33,939 nucleotides of DNA, from assembly GCA_028717405.1 (NCBI GenBank), contig JAQUNY010000002.1, positions 1 to 33,939 on the forward strand, in the 5' to 3' direction. Origin of the DNA: Eubacteriales bacterium. Lineage in GTDB: Bacteria; Bacillota; Clostridia; JAQUNY01. The notes beneath the pieces were generated by a model. The model was not told where the DNA came from. It searched no databases and saw nothing but the letters and a program-made list of their open reading frames with translations. The position numbers and the translations under genes were made by a program. Positions 16,203-23,402 of this stretch are shown in pieces. The first letter of the stretch is position 1; every line of letters begins with the position of its first letter.

Positions 16203-17186
16203 TTCGGCGAGCAGCGGCAGGCCGGGATTCCACGGAAGCGTTTTTATAATGTGAAGCCCTTTGTCGACATATCTGTCGATCATCTTCAGTGTATATGCTA
16301 TGCCTCCATTATCCTTCACGATTTTAACGATCTTAGCGGCATCGTCTTCCCTTATCCTTCCGGCGCCTCTTTTTTCAGCTCTTACAGCCCCCGAAATAAA
16401 CCTGCGGAGTTCGCTGCTCCCCGACATTGTATAAATCAGCGGCAACGTATAAACGCCTTCGGTTATATCTTTTATTACAGGCTTTCCCTCAGCTTCCTCA
16501 TCTGATATAAAATCGTTCAGGTCATCTCTCATCTGGAAGGCCATACCATAGTAAAATCCATACCGTCCAAGTATTTTGACCAGTGATTTCTCACAGCCTG
16601 CAGACACTGCTCCCATCGCGCACGCCGCACTGAACAGCACCGCTGTTTTTCTGTAAATCCTTTTCAGATATGCCCTTGCCGAAATATTGATATCAAATCT
16701 CTGCAGATATTGATCCACTTCGCCTTCGCATATTAATTTCACCGCTTCCGCAGCCATGTCCGGCAGCTTATGACTATCAGCCGCCGCGTCTGTGGCTGCC
16801 GCTTCAGCTATCTTCAGGGAAGCCAGCATTGCTACAGCCCTGGTAAAAAGAAAATCTCCAGTGTAAATCGCCATATCCGGGCCGTACCCGGCAGATACCG
16901 TTATTTTGCCGCGTCTTGTTTCTGAACGGTCTATAACATCATCATGTATCAGGGTAGCCATGTGCAGGATCTCTATCGCACCGGCAAGCTTCCGGACTTC
17001 AGCGGCGTCAAAGCTGCCAAACCTTGAAGCTATCACGGCAAGAGCAGGTCTGATTCGTTTGCCTCCCGCCGCATTAAGGCCTGAACAGATTTTCGTGAGA
17101 AGCCTGTTACGGGATTTGATATTCTTATAAATGACTTTTTCCGTTTCATCTATTTCCTGTGCGATTTCAGGATAATTGCTCCACAA
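16095..17186 (-). CDS. Polyprenyl (hepta/octaprenyl-type) diphosphate synthase
   Basis: The first DDxxD motif is LIHDDVIDRSETRRG and the second is FQMRDDLNDF. TTG start 4 nt after the upstream stop. An Ala/Asp-rich insertion (AAATDAAADSHKLPDMAAE) is present. A tail of about 30 aa overlaps the convergent gene. Confidence 0.85.
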   Translation of the reverse strand: MWSNYPEIAQEIDETEKVIYKNIKSRNRLLTKICSGLNAAGGKRIRPALAVIASRFGSFDAAEVRKLAGAIEILHMATLIHDDVIDRSETRRGKITVSAGYGPDMAIYTGDFLFTRAVAMLASLKIAEAAATDAAADSHKLPDMAAEAVKLICEGEVDQYLQRFDINISARAYLKRIYRKTAVLFSAACAMGAVSAGCEKSLVKILGRYGFYYGMAFQMRDDLNDFISDEEAEGKPVIKDITEGVYTLPLIYTMSGSSELRRFISGAVRAEKRGAGRIREDDAAKIVKIVKDNGGIAYTLKMIDRYVDKGLHIIKTLPWNPGLPLLAELLYSLGSSPGKTKQFVKNDGYKAYENSDENAGKCS

Positions 17187-17190
17187 AGCT

Positions 17191-17727
17191 TTAATTCCGC
17201 CTTTCAGGTATATTGACAGTCCTGCCGATCACCCTCAGTATCATCTGAGTGGATATCCCGGTCAGTATCCCCATAAGCACACCTGATATCATCAGTACCG
17301 GCAGATACGAAAATACAGCCGCTTCTTTCATTACAAGTGCTGCAACGGCAAGCTGGCCGATATTATGCATTATTGATCCGGCAATACTGACACCTGCAAT
17401 GTTGAATACTCCGGACAGCTTCCGGTGGAAAAAATACATTACGCATATGCTGAGCAACCCTCCTGCAAGGCTGAAAGAGAACATAAAAAGGCTTCCGGCT
17501 GCAAAAGCCGTCGCCATGGTCCTTATAAGCATGATCAGGACAGCCTCGCCAAAACCCCAAATAATAATGGCTGTAAGAGATATGACATTTGCCAGCCCCG
17601 GCTTTATTCCCGGGACGGGTACAGGGATCGGGAACAGGTTCTCCAGTATCGAAAGCATGATGGCAATAGAAGCCATTAACGCAAGAAGTACAAGTTTTCT
17701 GGTCCCGCATATAGTTTTGCTCTTCAA
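17191..17727 (-). CDS. Gx transporter family protein (so-called heptaprenyl diphosphate synthase component I family)
   Basis: 178 aa and about 5 TM helices, with the signature LENLFPIPVPVPGIKPGLANVISL. TTG start. Confidence 0.7.
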   Translation of the reverse strand: MKSKTICGTRKLVLLALMASIAIMLSILENLFPIPVPVPGIKPGLANVISLTAIIIWGFGEAVLIMLIRTMATAFAAGSLFMFSFSLAGGLLSICVMYFFHRKLSGVFNIAGVSIAGSIMHNIGQLAVAALVMKEAAVFSYLPVLMISGVLMGILTGISTQMILRVIGRTVNIPERRN

Positions 17728-17771
17728 AATTTCTGCCGCCTTGCCTGTATAATAGTCAATCAGCCCTTGTA

Positions 17772-18158
17772 TCAGTACGCCTTTATGTCCACATCCCGGT
17801 TTTCAGTGCTTTCGGTGCCCGTGTCTCCGCTTTGCACAATTTTTATCAAAGTCCTGTTGGGAATACATACAGCCATCTGTCCGGGCATCGAAAGCCACCC
17901 GGCGCCAACACAAATTTTATCCGGGCACGAGGAGCTCTCAAACCTGATCCGCCCTTTTTCAGCCAGGACTGACTGTTCACAGGCACCGCTGACCGGGATC
18001 CTTCTTTGTCCTTCCACCTCATCCAGCGCGATCCTGTAAATTATCCGGTCATCCTGCTTTACTATAGCCACAAGCGAACCGGAGGACACAGCACCTTCAG
18101 AAACCGCATGGTTAATTATTATACCGGTTATGGCTATGGCAGTTATAACGGCGGCCAT
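17772..18158 (-). CDS. NusG domain II-containing membrane-anchored protein
   Basis: The CPDKICVGAGWLSMPGQMAVCIPN motif is typical of the NusG_II family, and there is an N-terminal TM. The expected basic N-terminus (..SKKNGRTFGKADII) is in frame upstream but has no ATG/GTG/TTG, so the start is uncertain. Confidence 0.65.
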   Translation of the reverse strand: MAAVITAIAITGIIINHAVSEGAVSSGSLVAIVKQDDRIIYRIALDEVEGQRRIPVSGACEQSVLAEKGRIRFESSSCPDKICVGAGWLSMPGQMAVCIPNRTLIKIVQSGDTGTESTENRDVDIKAY

Positions 18159-18633
18159 AATTATGTCTGCTTTTCCAAAGGTCCTGCCGTTTTTTTTACT
18201 GATCCCTCCGTTTATTCGCGTTCTCCTCTTCCCTGTCTATTCTCATTTTCCTGATTTTCACACACATCCTGCCTGTGATATCCGGAGTCCGACGGCAGTC
18301 TCATGCTGCAGGACTCATCATGTGCCTGAATTGCATTTTGTACCTGTATATAATATAATAACGGGACAGAAATATACACAGGATATCAAGTAGTTACTGT
18401 ACAATAAATGTTATACCAACATCTGTGAATATGCAAACATCAATAAACAGGTAAACATCCTGAAATCAAGTCGATTCAATACATCTGAGCCGCAGCTTGA
18501 ATATAAAAAAACAAACCGCAAAAAAATGAAAAATTTTAGCTTACAGATCATCAGAAAGGGTATATATCTCATTAATGAAAATTTTATTGTCAAAAATTTG
18601 TCGATATCTAATGAAAGGGCGGTCGTTTAACAG

Positions 18634-20439
18634 ATGAGTAAAAAAGTCGTAATACTCGGAGCCGGGTATGCCGGAATAGAAGCAGCGCTCAAGCTTCATA
18701 AAAACATGAAGAAGGAAGATGACATAGAAATCTCGCTCATCGATAAGAACAGCTATCATACCCTGTTGACCGAGCTGCATGAAGTCGCCGGAAACCGGAT
18801 CCCCGAGGAGGGCATCAGAGTTCCGCTTAAAGAAATATTTAAGTATACCGGCGTTAAAATCATACAGGATGAAATTGACAATATCGATTTTAAATCCGGC
18901 GTAATATCTTCCTTAAAAAACAAATATGCATATGACTATCTGATAATGGCTACGGGCAGCCAGCCTAATTATTACGGTATTCCCGGAATGGAGGAGAACT
19001 GTTTCCCTCTCTGGTCCTATGAAAATGCAATAACCATACGCGAGCATATCAAAGCATGCTTCAATAAAGCTTCATATATCAAGGAACCCGCCGCACGTAA
19101 AAAGCTGCTTACCTTTGTTATTGGCGGTGCAGGATTCACAGGCGTTGAAATGGCAGGCGAGCTTGCCCAGTGGAAAAAGTCTCTCTGCCGTGAGTACGGC
19201 ATCCCGTCAGATGAGCCCGAAATCTACCTTGTAGAAGCGCTGCCGAAAATCCTCAGCAATCTCAAAGATAAAAGCATCAATAAAGCAATGAATTATCTGG
19301 AGAAAAAGCTTGGAGTCAAAGTTCTGCTGAACTGCTCAATATCAGCTCTTTCACCTGATGAAATAAGCTTTGCCTCACGGGAGCCGCTCCCGTCAACCAC
19401 CCTTATATGGACTGCCGGCGTAAAGGCAAGCTGTCCGGAAGACGGAGGAGAATCAGACAAAGCTAAATCCTCCCGTATCATTGTTAATGAATACACGCAG
19501 ACAAAACATGAAAATGTGTACGCAGCAGGAGATCTGTGCTTCTTTGATGACAGCGGATGCGCGCTTCCCGCCCTTGTCGAGACCGCCCTCCAGACAGGCA
19601 AGACCGCGGCACTCAATATACTGGCGTCCGTAAGAAGTCAGCCTCAGCAAAAACTTGTTCCCAAACTCCACGGTGTAATGGTTTCAATAGGCAGCTTTTT
19701 TGCGGTTTCGGAATTAATGGGAGTCGAGTATCCCCGTCTGATTTCCATGATGTTCAAATATCTTGTAAATGTCCATTATTTATTTGGGATCGGCGGTTTT
19801 GAACTCGTAATAAGGTATCTTAAGCATGAATTTATAGAAAAGAAGCAGAAAAAGCTGCTTCCCGAAAAACACTACTCAGTCAGAAACCAGGCTTTCTGGC
19901 TCGTTCCCATAAGGCTTTTCCTTGGATACAGCTGGCTTGTTGAAGGTATAAACAAGGTCAAAGACGGCTGGTTTTCAAAAGCCCTGCTCGCGGGCTCACC
20001 TTCCTATGGCTCGGTATCGGCTGTATCAGGCGCAACAGCAGACGCTGTATCGACCGCTTCGGTCACCGAAACAGGCGAGGCAGTTTTCAGAATAGTCGCA
20101 GACCACACTCCGGGCTGGTATGAATGGATAGCGGAAACGATCGTCATACCAAACGCGCTTTTCTTCCAGATAGTAATAGTCCTTGCAGAACTGGCCATAG
20201 GCGCGGCGCTTATATCAGGGACCTTCACGTTTATAGCAGCCCTTGGCGCACTTGCACTTAATGTCAATTTCCTGCTCTCCACCGGCATGTATGAATACAA
20301 CTACTGGTATATCCCGGCTGCCCTCTGCGTACTCGGCGGCGCCGGCAGAGCTTTCGGCCTGGACTATTATATTATGCCCTGGCTAATGAAACAATGGCGT
20401 TACCTGGCACGGAACAGAAAACTGAAATTGAGGCTTTGA
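18634..20439 (+). CDS. Type II NADH dehydrogenase (NDH-2) fused to a C-terminal DoxX/DoxD-like 4-TM domain
   Basis: Two Rossmann motifs are present: VVILGAGYAGIEAA and FVIGGAGFTGVEMAGELA. After about residue 415 comes a membrane domain (WLVPIRLFLGYSWLVEGINK .. IVIVLAELAIGAALISG .. ALGALALNVNFLL). Confidence 0.8.
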   Translation: MSKKVVILGAGYAGIEAALKLHKNMKKEDDIEISLIDKNSYHTLLTELHEVAGNRIPEEGIRVPLKEIFKYTGVKIIQDEIDNIDFKSGVISSLKNKYAYDYLIMATGSQPNYYGIPGMEENCFPLWSYENAITIREHIKACFNKASYIKEPAARKKLLTFVIGGAGFTGVEMAGELAQWKKSLCREYGIPSDEPEIYLVEALPKILSNLKDKSINKAMNYLEKKLGVKVLLNCSISALSPDEISFASREPLPSTTLIWTAGVKASCPEDGGESDKAKSSRIIVNEYTQTKHENVYAAGDLCFFDDSGCALPALVETALQTGKTAALNILASVRSQPQQKLVPKLHGVMVSIGSFFAVSELMGVEYPRLISMMFKYLVNVHYLFGIGGFELVIRYLKHEFIEKKQKKLLPEKHYSVRNQAFWLVPIRLFLGYSWLVEGINKVKDGWFSKALLAGSPSYGSVSAVSGATADAVSTASVTETGEAVFRIVADHTPGWYEWIAETIVIPNALFFQIVIVLAELAIGAALISGTFTFIAALGALALNVNFLLSTGMYEYNYWYIPAALCVLGGAGRAFGLDYYIMPWLMKQWRYLARNRKLKLRL

Positions 20440-20443
20440 TCGC

Positions 20444-20821
20444 TCATTCTCCGCCATTTAGCCTGTCAAGTATGAACTTTTGAATAAAGTCTGCGGAGAA
20501 TGGCAGCTCGATTTTTGTGTTCCCTGAAACGAGAAATTTTTTGGTTTCGCCATCAACCTGTTCGTCTACAATGCGGATATCCTTCACATCAATCGAATAC
20601 TCCTTGCCCTTAAGAGTCAGCGTCGCCTCAGATCCTTCAATTTTAAATGAGGGTGCGTTGCTGAAAAAGACAAGCACGCCCCCCAGCAGCACTGCAATAA
20701 TGGCAAATTTGAAGATTTTTTTGGCGGCATATGCAACCACAACAAGAAGCACAACTCCGATGACAATGGGTATTAAAACTTTTGGATCCGTAAAATTGAT
20801 ACCTTTGAGATAATCCAGCAT
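20444..20821 (-). CDS. Hypothetical small membrane protein (2 TM plus soluble C-terminal domain)
   Basis: I trimmed this to the ATG at 20819-20821 (MLDYLKG..), which is preceded by GGAGG at 9-nt spacing and overlaps the hisC stop region. Confidence 0.5.
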   Translation of the reverse strand: MLDYLKGINFTDPKVLIPIVIGVVLLVVVAYAAKKIFKFAIIAVLLGGVLVFFSNAPSFKIEGSEATLTLKGKEYSIDVKDIRIVDEQVDGETKKFLVSGNTKIELPFSADFIQKFILDRLNGGE

Positions 20822-20822
20822 T

Positions 20823-21920
20823 TTACATTCCTCCTTTTTTCTTTTCCAGTATCTCATGAATTTTGTCAATCAGAATGTCCATTTCGCCGTCGCTTCCAAT
20901 TGTTATCCTGAGGTGATCCTCAATGCCGGGCTTGTCAAAATGCCTTACAAGAATGCCTCTCTCTCTGAGAAGGTCATAAAATTCACGCCCCCGGATATCT
21001 TTATGTGAAACGAAAATGAAATTCGCACCCGATTCAGTAACTTTAAAACCAAGCCCCCTGAAAACAGGGATGACGCGTTCCCTTGTTTTTATGATCCTTT
21101 CCCTGATCCCCCTGTAGTAAACACTATCAGCCACAGCTGCCTCAGCTGCAGCGAGAGATACCCTGTCCGCGACATATGAATTAAATGAGTTCTTGATCCT
21201 GGCAAGCGCCTCGATCAGATGCCCGCCTCCCGCTGCATACCCTATCCTCATTCCGGCCAGGCTGTGGGATTTTGAAAAAGTCTTTATTACGAGCAGATTC
21301 GGATATTCTTCGACTTTTCCGGCCATCGAGGCACTTTCCTGCCCTGTTCCGGCAAAATCCACATATGCCTCATCAATTATCGTGACAGTTTCAGGATTGG
21401 CTTCAAGTATCCTGCAGATATCTTTCCCGGGCATCATGACTGCCGTCGGCGCGTTTGGATTAGGAAAAATAATGCCTCCCCTGGGAGCCTGCGAGCAATA
21501 CTCACCGACATCGATGCAAAAATCTTCCCCAAGCGGCACCTTCACATACCGGATCCCAAAAAGCGCGCAATATGACTCGTAAAAGCTGTATGTGAATTCA
21601 GGAAAATATATCGGTTCATTTTTCTTAAAAAACGCCAGAAAAGCAAATGCAAGCATTTCGTCTGAACCATTCGAAATATATATATTACTTCGTTTAAGCC
21701 CTTCATATTGCGCCAGCCTGTCCCTGAGGTCCTCGCACTCAGGCTGCGGATAAAGCCTGAGATCCTCACCGGCTGCTTCCCTCGCCGCTTTGATGACCGC
21801 AGGGGATGGCGGGTAAGGATTCTCGTTTGTATTCAGTTTTATAAACTTTCTGTCAGCAGGCTGTTCTCCGGGGGTGTAAGGCTTGATCCCCGCGACGAAG
21901 CTGCTCCAGTATTTATTCAA
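20823..21920 (-). CDS. hisC: Histidinol-phosphate aminotransferase
   Basis: Contains LNTNENPYPPSP, IIDEAYVDFAG and the PLP-lysine motif KTFSKSHSLAGMRIGY. TTG start with GGAGG 7 nt upstream. Confidence 0.9.
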   Translation of the reverse strand: MNKYWSSFVAGIKPYTPGEQPADRKFIKLNTNENPYPPSPAVIKAAREAAGEDLRLYPQPECEDLRDRLAQYEGLKRSNIYISNGSDEMLAFAFLAFFKKNEPIYFPEFTYSFYESYCALFGIRYVKVPLGEDFCIDVGEYCSQAPRGGIIFPNPNAPTAVMMPGKDICRILEANPETVTIIDEAYVDFAGTGQESASMAGKVEEYPNLLVIKTFSKSHSLAGMRIGYAAGGGHLIEALARIKNSFNSYVADRVSLAAAEAAVADSVYYRGIRERIIKTRERVIPVFRGLGFKVTESGANFIFVSHKDIRGREFYDLLRERGILVRHFDKPGIEDHLRITIGSDGEMDILIDKIHEILEKKKGGM

Positions 21921-22028
21921 AATCCTGCCTCCGGGTGAAATTTATTTCTGCCGCGTAATCATATATTATAAAAATATTAACACATTGTAAAGAAATTATA
22001 AAAGCATGGTCTTTCAACACTCTCTACA

Positions 22029-22057
22029 TTGTAATTGCTGCTTCCTGTTTATATAAT
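22029..22057 (+). promoter_or_regulatory. Candidate sigma-A promoter for the DUF58-transglutaminase operon
   Basis: TTGTAA (22029-22034), a 17-nt spacer, then TATAAT (22052-22057). This predicts a leader of about 95 nt. Confidence 0.45.
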
Positions 22058-22157
22058 GAATACACCGGGCCGCGGGTACAGGCAGACAAACACAGACAGG
22101 CCGGCACAGCATCGCGGAAAGTCGCAGAGAAATGTATAAAAGGTATAGGGGATATAT

Positions 22158-23393
22158 ATGAAAGCAAACCGCGCCATATGGTTCTCACTTTTTTTTATAT
22201 CCGTCGTCTTTATTTATTTTTTCGGCGGTCCTGTTCCGTATACCCTGTTTTATGTTATGTGCATTCTTCCCCTCATAACTCTCATTCTGAACTTTGCTGC
22301 CGTAAAGGGCTTTAAATACACTCAGAGTATTGACATAAAGGACGCTGTCAAGGGGCAGCGGATAGTTTTCCGTTACGGCATACACAACGAAACCCCGGTG
22401 ATCTTCCCCCATGTGAAAATCAAATTCTGCAATTCGGATATAATCTTCGCCCATAATCTTGAAACACTCAATCTAACACTGAAGCCATTCAGCTCGGTCA
22501 CTGAAAATGTTGTGCTCGAATGCAGGTACAGGGGGCAATACGCAATCGGCATTGAGTATTTCGAGTTTATAGATTTTTCAGGCATCTTCAGTTTCAGATA
22601 CAGGATCAAAAATCCATATGTGGTGACCGTTCGCCCGCTTGTGATAAACCTGGGCCGTTTCAGTATAAATACAAGTCTGGCGTCGGAAGTCAATTCCATG
22701 CTGAGTTCAGGTTATCAGGATTTTTCCAGTGTATCATCCATCAGAAAATATGTATACGGAGACAGCCGAAAATCAGTTCACTGGAAACTCACCGCAAAAC
22801 TCGGCGAACTGATGGTAAGGAAATATGAATTTACGAGTGAATCAGAAGCTGTTATGATAATCGATTTTTGTTCTCCCGACCTTGAAAAGATAAATTCCAT
22901 TGCCATGGAAGACAAGCTGGTGGAGGCTGTTGTGGCAGTTTTAAATTATTGCCTCAGCAGGTATATTAAAATAGAATTTGTATATTTCGACGGGGGGATA
23001 GTTAAGAAGATTCTGAAAGAGCCCACAGATTTTGGCGAAATATATGAATTCCTTTCAATAGTTAAGTTTGATCAGGACCTCCCCGTAAGCGATATCTCAG
23101 ATCTCCTGATATCGGAAAAGATCTCTTCTGTTAATTTTTTCATCTTTACCGCCAATCTCGGGGCAGGCGTTTTCAACAGTATCTATAAAGCAAGCATTGC
23201 AGGGCATACCCCTTCACTGGTTTATATTTCACCCGAGGAGCTCACGGGCTCGGCTCCCCCAGACGAAGCGCAAATCCTTTCAGAGCTTGCCGCCCGTGGG
23301 ATAAGCTCATATAAAATCAATATTAAAGGAAGTATAAAAAATATCCTGGAAAACTCCGAGAGAGGAAACCAGTTATTCAGAAAGGACGCATGA
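22158..23393 (+). CDS. DUF58 domain-containing protein with an N-terminal 2-TM anchor
   Basis: Carries the core DUF58 signature IRKYVYGDSRKSVHWKLTAKLGELMVRKYE. Confidence 0.8.
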   Translation: MKANRAIWFSLFFISVVFIYFFGGPVPYTLFYVMCILPLITLILNFAAVKGFKYTQSIDIKDAVKGQRIVFRYGIHNETPVIFPHVKIKFCNSDIIFAHNLETLNLTLKPFSSVTENVVLECRYRGQYAIGIEYFEFIDFSGIFSFRYRIKNPYVVTVRPLVINLGRFSINTSLASEVNSMLSSGYQDFSSVSSIRKYVYGDSRKSVHWKLTAKLGELMVRKYEFTSESEAVMIIDFCSPDLEKINSIAMEDKLVEAVVAVLNYCLSRYIKIEFVYFDGGIVKKILKEPTDFGEIYEFLSIVKFDQDLPVSDISDLLISEKISSVNFFIFTANLGAGVFNSIYKASIAGHTPSLVYISPEELTGSAPPDEAQILSELAARGISSYKINIKGSIKNILENSERGNQLFRKDA

Positions 23394-23402
23394 CAGGGAC
23401 AC

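Noticed and set aside
17363-17710. A 115-aa alternate-frame minus-strand ORF and an 84-aa plus-strand ORF inside the Gx-transporter gene, considered as possible overlapping genes.
   Set aside because: They are Cys/His/Arg-rich frame-shifted read-through of a hydrophobic membrane gene, with no SD.
18196-18246. A 16-codon uORF (MRIDREEENANKRRDQ) considered as a leader peptide for attenuation.
   Set aside because: The SD is weak and too close (AGGAAA directly before the ATG), there is no run of regulatory codons, and no terminator follows. I keep it only as part of the start-codon puzzle noted in the findings.
18273-18306. The plus-strand segment ctgtgatatccggagtccgacggcagtctcatg resembles the 3' part of the FMN riboswitch (..GTGAAATTCC..AGCCGACAGT..AGTCTGGATG..).
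   Set aside because: The conserved 5' half (GGGCAGGGTGAAATTCCC / ACCGGCGGT / AGCCCGCGAGC) is absent. On the plus strand the element would begin inside the NusG-II gene region. This looks like a chance partial match; a covariance-model scan would settle it.
20440-20443. Looked for terminators at the tightly convergent junctions ndh/small membrane gene (4-nt gap) and transglutaminase/metH (2-nt gap), and for mobile-element scars there.
   Set aside because: No hairpins, inverted repeats or direct-repeat scars are visible. These are just tight convergent gene ends.
21921-22028. Looked for a T-box, a His leader peptide or a TRAP triplet array upstream of hisC. In B. subtilis, hisC is linked to the trp operon.
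   Set aside because: The leader is only about 60-70 nt. It has no His-codon run, no specifier or antiterminator structure, and no GAG/UAG periodic repeats.
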